A DNA stretch of 64,000 nt from Macrostomum lignano (lineage: Eukaryota). The notes below the pieces were generated by a model, which saw nothing but the letters and a program-made list of their open reading frames with translations, did no database searches and had not been told where the DNA came from. Below, piece after piece: positions 13,348-34,809 of this stretch. Location of the stretch: NCBI GenBank assembly GCA_002269645.1, contig NIVC01000748.1, positions 124,001-188,000 on the forward strand. The letters run 5' to 3'. Position 1 is the stretch's first letter. Each line of letters begins with the position of its first letter. The position numbers were made by a program, and so were the translations under genes.

Positions 13348-15851
13348 TGTTTTGACTATTAGACGTCAGTGCCGCTGGTACACCCTGTGGTTCTTGTATC
13401 CGCGCTTGTAACATGTATATGCTCAGCAAGTCACGTGAACCATGCAATTGTCTCTGAAAATATATAGTTTCGATCCAATTAATTGCAAATTTCGCAAGTA
13501 CTGTATTGTATAAGCGTGTATACGGTGCACATATATGTATAAAAATTGAAATAAAGAAAGATAGAATACGAATGAGATTTTGTCATGGACAAACTCTCAC
13601 TAGAGTAATAACACCTATATGTCAAATAAGAAATACACAAAGATACGAATAACTGAATTTTAGTCATAGCCAATTGCCTTTCTCTCTGGTAGTAGTACGG
13701 CAATTTTTGACAGCCATCAGCTGACAAAGATTTTCTCAAAGATTTTGAATTTAAATTGGAGACGATTGGCCTATTAGAACTACGAAGGACGGAACGAGTG
13801 TCCTGTTTTTAAACAAAATACAAGGTAAGCCCAATGGCAGCAGATTTAGACCGGTCTTATAAGAGCAGTACGTGTAATCTTGGAAAGTGAAGGTTCGAAA
13901 ATTAGAATTTAGAAAACAGACGGAACCAAAAAATAATGGAAGGCAATTGAGAATAAGAAAAAGACAGCCAAAAAGCAATGTAGACAAGAACAAAAAAAGC
14001 ACCCCAGAAAATCGAGAAAAGCAGTAGAAAAAAGACCCAACAGCTCTGATATAGTGTGTATAGTTTGTGTGTGTATAGTTTTGTCAGCAAGACGGCCCCT
14101 CCTCGTGGCTATACATGTAAGTGTGCTTAAATTGATTGTCAACTTACCACCCCTGATCACCACCTAGATCTAAATACCAAGATCAAACTAAAGCAGGAGA
14201 GGAAACATACACAATGCACTTTGAAGCATACAAAGGTCATTGTCTATTCGTAGTCAATTGACGACGACGTGTTTCAATCGCATGTTATTCTGTACTTTCA
14301 ACCCATGCAGTGTTGAGTGACAATTATAAATATGGCTGCATTATGTGTCCCTTATTTTGGGCATGTGCAGGATATGCACTGAGGCTGTCAATTTAACATA
14401 TAGTGATTGCATGCACAGTGTATATAGCAACATGCTCTCTGGTCTCCGGGCTTTATCTGAAAAGCATACTTACGGTATAGTATCAGCTATATATAGGCTT
14501 TTTGCATCCATGTATAATTGACCTAAAATGATCCTGTTGACCATACATTTTTTAGTTTTAAATTGTAACTTTTTGCACAAAAACCATGCTGTGGCAAAGT
14601 GTACACGCACGTAACATTTTTTACTCATGGCGTTAATTTTAAATTTGCGCTTCAGAAGTTACTGTTAACAAAAAAACAAAAATGAATTTTAGCAAAAGTA
14701 TATGAATTTTTAGAAACAAATTAGTAACTTAGAGTTACATTTCGATTATTATTTTTATATGAAGAGAACTCTAAAAGAGAATAATTTAGGTTTTGGACGA
14801 CGGGGACGGATGGATGATGTCCTTCCTTCCATTCTTCATTCCACGGAACAATTGTGAACACTGAATAATGCATAACTGTATGAAGACGGATAAAGTAATA
14901 TTGAATAGCTTTGAACCTGCGAACTGCACGCTTAGTCGGATGGGACGGGCGGATGACACCACGTTAGAAGGCCTGGTTAGGCTAACTACCACCATCCATG
15001 GCATAGGCCTAATTTATCGTTACAACTTTCTAGTTAGTCAAGAACGAAGCATTATATATAGGCCCGTAAATTTTCACTCAGATTATTTATGATATTAATA
15101 ATATTATACAATTTATTGTATTTGAATATTACATAGGCCTACTATATTTATTAGGCCTATGTAATGTATGCCTTGCAGTTGCAGGTGTCTGTCCCTGTCT
15201 TGCCTTTTTAGGCCTATTCAAGTCTCAATATATTTTATTGAGGTGATGTGATGTATAGCCAATAGGTGAAACCATAAATGATGAATCCATGAGCCATGAG
15301 CACTATAAATCTGAAAATCTAGATTTTAAAAATTAAAAAAATTAATTTTTTCTTTGTTTAACCAGATAGATTATAACTAAGGGCCTACAGGAGTATTTTG
15401 ACACTGCACTTTTGAAATCTAGTCCAATAAAATAAAAATGGTATGGCATTTTTAGTAAAAAAAATGGGCTAGGCCTAGGCATATCCTTGTAGTATAAAAT
15501 TTCCAATCTCCACTGTGATCTGGAAGGACAAAAATCAGTCATTTTTTGCAGTTAAGTAAGCATAACTTTAAGAAGTGCCAAACATAGATATCAAGCTGTA
15601 ATGCATAGGGGGTGTATCTTTAAATGAAAAGTTGGAAAAGGTGGTCTGAGATAGCCTAAGTCAATATTTTTTTGCATAGGCCTAGTTTTCTACATTAAAA
15701 ACAGTTTAACAAAACTGATGATGCACTAATGATGCTACCTTGTCTTTTAGTAAAAACTTCTATTGAAATTTTCTTTCATTAATTACAAAAATATTAAATT
15801 TGAAAAAAAATTTTGGCTCTTAAAGTTAACTCCTATTATATATATAATATA

Positions 15852-16299
15852 TGGCAGTTGTTATTTGTCCGGTGACCGGACGAATAGCCTTTTTGCTATT
15901 TGTCCGGTTAAATTGCTAACACAAGTATCTTATTTGTTTCGTGATGAATATTCTAGATTTTTAAGACCTATTCTCGTATACTGATTAATATTTTCTTGTG
16001 TATACTAGAGTGTTAAGCAAAGCAGTATATTATTCAATTCAGCATAATTTGGTAGTAGAAGACACACACTAGTATAACAATATAATAATCAAGATACGAG
16101 TAAGAAGTCTTTGAATATATTTACCCTTGTGGTTTTTATGAACTAAATATTTTAGCATTATCAATCTAACCAGACAAATAACAAAATGTCTATTTGTCCG
16201 GTATTAACCGGATGAATAGGAAAGCATGGTCAGGATCCAGTAACCGGACAAATAACCACATCGCTATTCGTCCGGTCACTGGACAAATAACAACTGCCA
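15852..16299. mobile_element. MITE with ~37-bp TIRs and subterminal TCCGG(N3)CCGGA motifs
   Basis: Left end tggcagttgttatttgtccggtgaccggacgaatagc and right end gctattcgtccggtcactggacaaataacaactgcca are reverse complements with 1 mismatch. TAATATA lies directly outside both ends. tatttgtccgg motifs recur internally. No ORF. Confidence 0.85.
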
Positions 16300-16774
16300 T
16301 AATATATATATCACTTTAAGTTGAAATTTTGTTCAATGGTTCATCTTGTCATTGTCATTGTCACAAATTAAGTTTAAGATGAAGGTGGTTTTTTTTCAAG
16401 ATCACAAATTTGAATTTGGCACAAAATTTCACCATCCTTTTGGTTATCATTCATCTAGTTATACCCAACAAATCATGCTATTGGTCTCATTTTAAAGCAG
16501 GGATAATTTCCTTTCTATTATATATTTAATTTTTTGCAGCTCTTCTGAATAGTATGTTTATGGCCTTAAAATAAGCATTTTCCCCATTTTTCTCTATTTA
16601 CATGCTTGAGTCAGTGGAGAGGCCTAGTGCTTATTAGTTATTAGTATTGTAAAATACTGGTCAAACACTTAGACAGATCTTAGAGATTTAGTATATTGTG
16701 ATAAAGTAGGCCTAATTTGTGTAATACTATACCAATTATTATACCATTGTCCTTCCTCATATTAGACCAGATCC

Positions 16775-19660
16775 CGTAGTCCCATAGGAGGTCAGAGAGA
16801 ATATATTGGGTTGCTTTCATAGGCCTAAACAAACCCTAAATTTCACAATGTCCCTATTGCAGCGAATAGGGGTATGCGCGGATGGTGTCTTGTGCGCATG
16901 TGAAATTTTTGGAAATCTATTGGCGCACTTGCGCGCCAATAGATTTTCCTGCGCGCACACCTATAGATTGTGTGCGCATCACAGGTGTTGTCTATGTTGC
17001 AAAATGCAGCTTTGCGCACTGCAGACGCAGTGGGAATGCATTATAAATGTATGAAATAGACCTGCGTGCACTGCGCAGTGGTAGCACATGATGATGATAA
17101 ATGCACGAAACAGATCTGCGCCGCGCCACTTCAGTGTTGGTGCATGATAGATGCACAAGATAGAGCTGCATTAGAGCAGATAGAGCCGCAGTTTGCTGGC
17201 TGAAGTTTGCTGGCCGAAGTTTGCTAGCCGCAGTTTGCTGGCTGAAGTTTGCTGGCCGAAGTTTGCTAGCCAAAGTTTGCTGGCTGAACCGAAGTTTGCT
17301 GGCCAAAGATTGCTGGCTAAACCGAAGTTTGCTAGCCGAAGTTTGCTAGTCGAAGTTTTCTGGCCAAATGGCCCAAACTCACAAAGTTGTAATTTACTAA
17401 TGACAATTTTGCTTGTACAATTTCGCGAAAAACTTAAGTGTACTTATATATCAAGAGTCGGGACTATTAGATTTGCGCTTAATCGCTCTATTGACTAATG
17501 ACTATCCATTTGTTGTGTTGATTAGCAATGATGCAAATCTCTCAATATTTAACTATAAAAATGAAGGGGCCCTTCAAATTGATCTTAGCTTCTATCTCCG
17601 CAGTGTAAAAGTTCCGACGTACGATCAAACTTACGCTACGATAGCTCTATAGTAACGGCCCCAAAAACTCTAGGCGTCTGTGGACAAATTTCTTTGCTAT
17701 GGCCTATGGACGTATAGATTCCCAAATTGCAAACCGCTCAACCAAATTACAAACTTTATTTAAAGTGGCTCAAATATTAAATCAAAGCGATGCTTTCAAT
17801 AGGCACTCCGTTTTATGATTTAATTGTTCAACCATTTAGGTGTCTCCTTGGCCAATGTACAGTGTAGGATGTACATTCACAATAAAGCCTAGGAGTTATA
17901 TGACCCTACGCATGGCAAGCTCACAATTTGTGGTGTTGATTGAATTTTATCATTTGCCAACTAGTCGGATAGACAATTGATAAAGAAAGGGAGGTTATAA
18001 AGCTGGCTTGAAATGCAATGACTGCGAAACAAGCCTTTTTTCATCAACCCCAGGACGACACTGCGCACTTTTAAATTTTAGTCTGAGGCGGAAGGCCTTT
18101 TAATTTCAATAGATGTTGTGGCAGCGAAGATTTTGTGCTGCTTTGCGCGTATATTAATATTATTTACAAACAGCGCCAGATAGAGGGAGGGGCCTTGGGA
18201 GGTACGCACAGGTGGCGTGGCGTAATTGGCTACACCAACCCCCCCCCCCCTGGCTTAGCGAGCTGGCTAGCGCGGTGTACCACCACCCCACCTCAGCTAG
18301 ACAGAGGTTGGCAGGGGGGGGGGGTTTCCAGTTCGGCTGCTCTAGTGCTGCCGGTCGCATAGTCTGGCCGCCACAAGTCTACTTTTTGTCAGAGAGACAA
18401 ATTAAGCACCCCAACCTCTGCCTCTCTCCTTCCCTTATGTGACCAGATATGTAAAAGGGGTTTTAGAATTGGCAAACTTTTGGCTGCCATAAGTTTGATC
18501 CATGTAAAGCAATTGACTTCAAACTTGAAGTTGAAACACGTCTTCATTGACTCACTCTTCTGTTTAAATATAAAGTCTCAACTTTGTAATTTAACTCAAT
18601 CAGGACAGAATCTTCTGTAGTCTCTAAACATGTGAAGTTTGACTGCTTTTTCTGATGCTTGTGGCCCTCATCCAACTCATTCCCCCAGACAAAGGGTCAT
18701 GCGATAGGGCTCAGTGTACATTATAGTTATTTCCTTCTCTGCACATCCGTGGAGAGGCTAGAGTACTATACTATGTTAGCCATGACAGTTCTAGTATCTG
18801 ATTGAAACTTGAGAGTATTTTCTGTCACCACAATGATAAACTGACTTTCCAACCACTTAAATTGGTGCTGGTGCTGTTAGTTATAAAATATTTGAGATTT
18901 TTACCCACTTCTCCGGATTTTAGCCAAATTTTAGCCAAAACCATGCATTACCATTGCCTGAAAACAAGGGGGTCGTACTATAAAGCTGTTGTAGCGCAAG
19001 TTTGATTGTACGTCCGAACTTTTACACTGCGGAAATAGGAGCTAAGATCGATCTTATCTTACGATGGCTTTATAGAATGGGCCCAAGCAATCTTTTGACA
19101 CCGGCTGCAAAAAGTTTGGTCAGCAAATTCCTGCTAGCAGATTTCGGCTAGCAAACTTCAGCTAGCAAACTTTGGCTAGCAGGTTTTGGCCAGCAAACTT
19201 TGGCTAACAAACTTCAGCTAACAGGTTTCAACAAAATTCAAGTCAGCAATCGGCAAAGGAAGCAGGAGCAGGAGGCCCAGCAGCGGCTGAAAAGCAAGAC
19301 TCAACATGTTTGATTTAAGTGTAGTGAATGTAAACTCAATAAAAACTTGATTTGATATTTCTTTATATACATGCAGGACAAGCAAAAAAGTGAGAAAATT
19401 CTTTTCTTCTGTGCAATATGCAGCTGCACACCCTTGATAAAATTTAGCTTGCGCGGCTGTGCGCCTGGCAGGGCGTCCACGCGTTTTTTAGATTTGCTGC
19501 AATAGGGCACAATGTTGCAAGGCAAACTTTCATAAGCTCTAAATTTCATAAACCCTAATTTTCACAACATCAAAAACAAAACTTGCATCAAACTATATAA
19601 ACTATAAATTTCACAAGCCCTAAATTTCATAATGCCTAAAAGCACTATGGGGATACAGTC
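16775..19660. mobile_element. Large degenerate foldback-like / long-TIR non-autonomous element
   Basis: Nested inverted matches: 17581-17662 with 18968-19049 (~82 bp, high identity); AGTTTGCTGGCCGA arrays at 17190-17365 with GCTAGCAAACT arrays at 19120-19235; ccctattgcagc (~16851) with gctgcaataggg (~19496). Confidence 0.6.
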
Positions 19661-20580
19661 TTTTTATACAATCTTTCTGTATTTCCATAGTGTTTTTAGG
19701 CATTATGAAATTTAGAGCTTGTGAAAGATTCTATCTCCATAGTGCTTTTAGGCATTGTGAAATTTAGGGCTATAGTTCAGAACACCCTGAATGTACACTG
19801 GACTAAAATCTCTCAATTTTTTGGTACACCAAATTTTGAGTGCACGCCCACTTTCAAATCTATACTGGTGTTGCAACAATAAATGACCTTTTTTATGTTG
19901 CAATAATAAATCACTTTTTTTTAAATTGCATAAAGTAACCTTTTTGAGCTACTAATTTGGTTAGTACTTTAGCTTTTTTGCTGATATTATTTATTGCAGA
20001 AGTTTAATACATGCAAAGATTTGTTTAAATTTTTGTATTACGAGCTCTAAAAACCCGGAAAGCTTGAAATTTACACTTAAAAATAAACTTGTTTCATCTT
20101 TTGTCACTTTTCACAAACTTTTCCGTGTGATTCTATTAACTGCATGCACACTAATTTTTTATGCTATTTGATTTGATTCTGCAACTGCAAGAACATGTAC
20201 CCAAATTTTCGAATATGCATTTTTATATGCCAGATAAGTACGCCAGATTTTAAAAAGTAAAAAATTTGTATGCCAAGTGTATACCAAAAGTCGTGAGTGT
20301 ACGCCGTATTAATCCAGCGTACCACCCCTCTTCTGGACTATGGACTTAGGGCTTGTAAAATTTAGGGCTTATTGAATTTAAGGCTTGTAAAATTCTGTGC
20401 ATGACGTTTAAGTTTTTAGATGTTATGAAATTTTGGGCTTGTGAAATTTAGATGTTGTGAAATCTATTGCATTGCTTATTTTTGACATTGTGAAAATTTA
20501 GGGTTTATGATGAAATATAGGTCTTATGGAAGGTTCTAGTTTCAACATTGTGGAAATTAGGGTTTGTGAAATGACCCTGA
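19530..20580. repeat. Dispersed GAAATTTAGGGCTTGT motif family including a 41-bp hairpin
   Basis: The arms 19610-19650 and 19685-19725 are reverse complements with 2 mismatches. Further copies lie at 20345-20575. Confidence 0.75.
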
Positions 20581-20661
20581 TATATCCCTTGCCCTTAATA
20601 GGCCTTATTTCTCCCTTTGCCTATATATGCCATTGCACCCTATTATTAGTGGAAGTGGTAG

Positions 20662-20991
20662 CTAGTTTTTTGTGTCATAGGCATGCCATGACATGTCAAA
20701 ATTAAAAATGACATAATGATTTTAATCTTGTTATGCCAAAATGGCATAACAATTTTTGCCATTATGCCATTACCAAATTACCAATATAGATAATGCTAAA
20801 TCTCCAATTCTAAATTCCAATTTTGCTTTTAAGTTTGCCAAACTGGCAAGCTATTGTCGCTACCATCTGTATCTAAAAGGAAACACTAATATGGGCTCAC
20901 AAAGTGCTATTTTACATTTTAGGCCTAATGCCAATGGCATGTCAAAATTAAAAATGGCATAATGGCATAACAATTTTGACAAAAAACCTAG
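20662..20991. mobile_element. Probable small MITE with ATGGCA/TGCCAT subterminal repeats
   Basis: Imperfect terminal inverted repeat (ctagttttttgtgtca / tgacaaaaaacctag). The internal direct repeat atgtcaaaattaaaaatg(a/g)cataatg occurs at ~20692 and ~20939. Confidence 0.45.
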
Positions 20992-22109
20992 AGTGAAAGT
21001 TATAATTAGGCCCTATCTGCTTTCCTAGGCCCTAGCAAATTTTTAAAATTGGAGCAAATAGGCCTATCTTGCCTATGCTAAATCTTACAAAAATTTGTAA
21101 GAAAAAAGCCAAAGTATAAGGCCTACATATAGATCTTGTCAAGATCATAAGCTAATAGTTGTATAGCCAATATACTTTTCATGACCTTTTGTAGCCAAAG
21201 CCAATGTCCATTGGCATATCATGGATAGTGTCTAGGCCTAATATAGATTTGTCTCTAGCAATATAGCCTATAAGTATAGTCCAATATGCTGGTAAGGCTT
21301 GGCATTGGAAAGGGGGCATACAGTATAGTTTAGACCTTGTCTTAGTTCCCTATAATAAAGGTCTTGATTAGGCCTAGTAATATATTAGTTAGGACCTAGT
21401 TTATAATTTCATTAAAAAGTAAAAAAACTATTGTCAATATACTTAAGCAGTTGAAGCCTAATACCAATTAGTCAATGTGCAAAAATTATTTTTTAATCTT
21501 ACCAATATATAAAGACACTTTTAGGTATTTTGTGTTTGAATATTAATCAAATGGCTTAAAATGTTTTTTAATAAAAAAATAGTTTTTACACTTTTTGTAT
21601 TATCTATTCTTTTTTAATATTTTTGTAGTATATTTTGCCTATTAATATTAAGCACTCTGGTGATTTTTGCATGTATTGATGCAAGCTTGCATGCATATAA
21701 TCATATTGTATACTAATCAATTTCTATGCTCAACTAATATAGCAGTTTTTGCTTTTTATTGATTTATTATATAATATTGTAATATTAATAAAAATAAATA
21801 TAGTACAACTAGAATAGCTAAAACCTTTGCAAAAATGCCTAAAAAGTCATTCTTAGGCCTAAAATATATCAAGAGACTATCAAGAGTAAAAGAGACTTTT
21901 ACCTTTCTATTGGTATTCATCTAATTTTATTTCCAACCATTAATATTTGTCTTTCTCTGACTTATTCTTTGGATTTCTTTTAGCTTTTATAGTAGAATCC
22001 AATGGTCACTAGGACTAGATTTTTGCAATTGATACAAAAAGGACTAAGGAATGCAAGAGAAAGAGCATAAGTCAAAAACAAATAAGTAAACCTTGGCCTA
22101 GGGGCAGAT

Positions 22110-22230
22110 AGCCCTATTGGCTTAGCCACAAAACCATGCATTTGGCCAGCCAATCAAAATCCTACCTAGGTAGAGGGGGGGGGGGTGCAGCATCCATGCC
22201 AAAGCTGGGCTTAGATTTAGCCAATTAGCA
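22110..22230 (+). promoter_or_regulatory. CCAAT-box cluster, candidate USP promoter
   Basis: ATTGG at 22116, CCAAT at 22150 and CCAAT at 22221, about 500-600 bp upstream of the USP ATG. Confidence 0.4.
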
Positions 22231-22740
22231 TAGAGCATGGGGCAGGGCCTATGGCTAGGGAAGGACACTCCCTGCCAGTCCCAAAGTGTATTGCACACTA
22301 TACAATAAACAAAGGCACTTATTATAAAGTAGGTATAAGTGTAAACATAATTAAAAATGTCAATTTGAAATAAAAATTGGCTTTATCTTTAAAATAGTGA
22401 CTGGTAGTCTTGTTACTTATAGATATAAAGTCCATTACTAAGTTGAAATTTTTGAACTATGTAAGCATCCTAGTTCTTTGTCAAGAGTGTAGATATGAGG
22501 CTACTACTATAAGATCAATGTCCATGCTAATGTTAGCCAATAAGCAATTGATCATATTAGTTAATAAAAAATGGATCAATTTTCATTCATTTCTTCAAAT
22601 TTAGGCTGCTACTGGATTGTTAGCTATTTTTTGCATATTGTTTTTAGAACAGCTCAAACACTTGTTCTACTTTTTCTATATTTCCTACTTTCTGTAGCTT
22701 ATCACTGTGATTGGCCTTTACCTATTAATATTCGGTAGTC

Positions 22741-30832
<8,092 letters not shown>

Positions 30833-30974
30833 CGGTTAATGTCACGGCGACAACTGCAGAAATTTTTCTTATTGACAATTTTCCTACTCATAGTAGTGTG
30901 TCTGTTGTTCTATGCTCACGAATGCTTTGCTGCACTCTTGCTGTAGACTTCTTGTAGAGAGTCTAGCTAGCTAT

Positions 30975-32635
30975 CTACCTGTGTATAGGGATATCTACCC
31001 ATCAGTGACTGTCTATATAGGGATATCTACCTATCAGTGACTGTCTATATAGGGATATCTACCCATCAGTGACTGTCTATATAGGGATATCTACCCATCA
31101 GTGACTGTCTATATAGGGATATCTACCCATCAGTGACTGTCTATATAGGGATATCTACCCATCAGTGACTCTCTATATAGGGATATCTACCCATCAGTGA
31201 CTATCTGTATAGGGATATCTACCCATCAATGACTGTCTATATAGGGATTTCTACCTATCAGTGACTCTCTATATAGGGATATCTACCCATCAGTGTCTAT
31301 CTGTATAGGGATATCTACCCATCAATGACTGTCTATATAGGGATATCTACCCATCAGTGACTGTCTATATAGGGATATCTACCCATCAGTGACTCTCTAT
31401 ATAGGGATATCTACCCATCAGTGACTATCTGTATAGGGATATCTACCCATCAATGACTGTCTATATAGGGATTTCTACCTATCAGTGACTCTCTATATAG
31501 GGATATCTACCCATCAGTGTCTATCTGTATAGGGATATCTACCCATCAATGACTGTCTATATAGGGATATCTACCCATCAGTGACTATCTGTATAGGGAT
31601 ATCTACCCATCAATGACTGTCTATATAGGGATTTCTACCTATCAGTGACTCTCTATATAGGGATATCTACCCATCAGTGTCTATCTGTATAGGGATATCT
31701 ACCCATCAATGACTGTCTATATAGGGATTTCTACCTATCAGTGACTCTCTATATAGGGATATCTACCCATCAGTGACTCTCTATATAGGGATATCTACCC
31801 ATCAGTGTCTATCTGTATAGGGATATCTACCCATCAGTGACTATCTATATAGGGATATCTACCCATCAGTGACTATCTATATAGGGATATCTACCCATCA
31901 GTGACTATCTATATAGGGATATCTACCCATCAGTGACTATCTATATAGGGATATCTACCCATCAGTGACTCTCTATATAGGGATATCTACCCATCAGTGA
32001 CTATCTGTATAGGGATATCTACCCATCAATGACTGTCTATATAGGGATTTCTACCTATCAGTGACTCTCTATATAGGGATATCTACCCATCAGTGTCTAT
32101 CTGTATAGGGATATCTACCCATCAATGACTGTCTATATAGGGATATCTACCCATCAGTGACTATCTGTATAGGGATATCTACCCATCAATGACTGTCTAT
32201 ATAGGGATTTCTACCTATCAGTGACTCTCTATATAGGGATATCTACCCATCAGTGTCTATCTGTATAGGGATATCTACCCATCAATGACTGTCTATATAG
32301 GGATTTCTACCTATCAGTGACTCTCTATATAGGGATATCTACCCATCAGTGACTCTCTATATAGGGATATCTACCCATCAGTGTCTATCTGTATAGGGAT
32401 ATCTACCCATCAGTGACTATCTATATAGGGATATCTACCCATCAGTGACTATCTATATAGGGATATCTACCCATCAGTGACTATCTATATAGGGATATCT
32501 ACCCATCAGTGACTATCTATATAGGGATATCTACCTATCAGTGACTCTGTATAGGGATATCTACCTATCAGTGACTCTGTATAGGGATATCTACCCATCA
32601 GTGACTCTTTACATAGGGTTATCTACCCAGCAGTG
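30975..32635. repeat. 32-bp minisatellite (ATAGGGATATCTACCCATCAGTGACTGTCTAT) just downstream of the USP stop codon
   Basis: About 50 units with recurring variant blocks, beginning ~140 nt after the TGA. Confidence 0.97.
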
Positions 32636-33134
32636 GCTATAGGTGTATCAATCAGTGAGTATATGCTGCATACATATTACCGACCAAGTACTCCATACTT
32701 GACAAGGTCAACATCCTGATGTTATTTATAAGTTTTGCTTAAACAGTGTTAGTCAGACTTCAGACATGTAGAAAGGGTTTTATATAAACCTGGCTTTTCA
32801 ATTGAGTTTTGTTATTATTATTTAGCTAATTTTGTGCTTTGATAACGGCTTAACCAAGTAATCCGTTATCTTTTTCTCTAATACCCTTTCAAACCCCATT
32901 AAAGTTTCTGGCTAGTAGTACTCTAGAGACCTGCTCCGATAGATGGAGCTGCCTTTCATTTTGACTCAACAACTGTTTCTTGGCCTAAAATATACATACA
33001 CATATATGCATCATAACTGCTGACCTTTCTTATCATCTCTTCTTTTAATTTCATTTTTTGCGTTTGTCGCTTAGATACTAAGTTTAAGTTTAACTGACCA
33101 GGAATTCTCTGAAAATCAGCCTTTAATCATATAG

Positions 33135-34735
33135 AGTTTCTTACAAAATTGACCTTGAAGCATCTAGAGTTTCTTAGAAAATTGCACTAAATTCACCTAG
33201 GGTTTCTTAGAAAATTACTCGTAATTGATCTAGAGTTTCTTAGAAAATCGCAATAAATTCATCTAGAGTTTCTTAGAAAACTGCAATAAATTCATTTAGA
33301 GTTTCTAAGAAAATCGCAAAAAATTCACCTAGGGTTTCTTAGAAAATTACTCGTAATTGATCTAGAGTTTCTTTGAAAAAAGCAATAAATTCATCTAGAG
33401 TTTCTTAGAAAATCATAATTAATTCATCTAGAGTTTCTTAGAAAATCATAATTAATTCATCTAGAGTTTCTTAGAAAATCATAATTAATTCATCTAGAGT
33501 TTCTTAGAAAATCATAATTAATTCATCTAGAGTTTCTTAGAAAATCATAAATAATTCATCTAGAGTTTCTTAGAAAGTCCTAATTAATTCATCTAGAGTT
33601 TCTTAAAAAAATCATAATTAATTCATCTAGAGTTTCTTAGAAAGTCATAATCAATTCATCTAGAGTTTCTTAGAAAGTCATAATTAATTCATCTAGAGTT
33701 TCTTAGAAAGTCATAAATAATTCATCTAGAGTTTCTTAGAAAGTCATAATTAATTCATCTAGAATTTCTTAGAAAGTCATAAATAATTCATCTAGAGTTT
33801 CTTAGAAAGTCATAATTAATTCATCTAGAATTTCTTAGAAAGTCATAAATAATTCATCTAGAGTTTCTTAAAAAATCATAATTAATTCATCTAGAGTTTC
33901 TTAGAAAGTCATAATTAATTCATCTAGAGTTTCTTAAAAAGTCATAATTAATTCATCTAGACTTTCTTAGAAAGTCATAATTAATTCGTCTAGAGTTTCT
34001 TAGAAAATCATAATTAATTCATCTAGCGTTTCTTAGAAAATCATAATTAATTTATCTAGAGTTTCTTAGAAAATCATAATTAATTCATCTAGAGTTTCTT
34101 AGAAAGTCATAATTAATTCATCTAGAATTTCTTAGAAAGTCATAAATAATTCATCTAGAGTTTCTTAAAAAATCATAATTAATTCATCTAGAGTTTCTTA
34201 AAAAGTCATAATTAATTCATCTAGACTTTCTTAGAAAGTCATAATTAATTCGTCTAGAGTTTCTTAGAAAATCATAATTAATTCATCTAGCGTTTCTTAG
34301 AAAATCATAATTAATTTATCTAGAGTTTCTTAGAATGTCATAATTAATTCATCTAGAGTTTCTTAGAATGTCATAATTAATTCATCTAGAGTTTCTTAGA
34401 AAGTCATAATTAATTCATCTAGAGTTTCTTAGAATGTCATAATTAATTCATCTAGAGTTTTTTAGAAAATCATAATTAATTCATCTAGAGTTTCTATGAA
34501 AATTGCACTAAATTCACCTAGGGTTTCTTAGAAAATTACTCGTAATTGATCTAGAGTTTCAAAGAAAATCGCAATAAATTCATCTAGAGTTTCTTAGAAT
34601 GTCATAATTAATTCATCTAGAGTTTCTTAGAAAGTCATAATTAATTCATCTAGAGTTTCTTAGAATGTCATAATTAATTCATCTAGAGTTACTTAGAAAG
34701 TCATAATTAATTCATCTAGAGTTTCTTAGAAAATT
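33135..34735. repeat. 33-bp AT-rich minisatellite (AATTCATCTAGAGTTTCTTAGAAAATCATAATT) just upstream of PGAM5
   Basis: Period of 33 (33421 to 33454). It ends ~75 nt before the PGAM5 ATG. Confidence 0.97.
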
Positions 34736-34809
34736 GGCCTTAACCTGTTTCAAATTTCTTTAATTGCATGTCAATTCCCAGTGCAAATCAAGTTCAATTC
34801 CCAGTGCAA

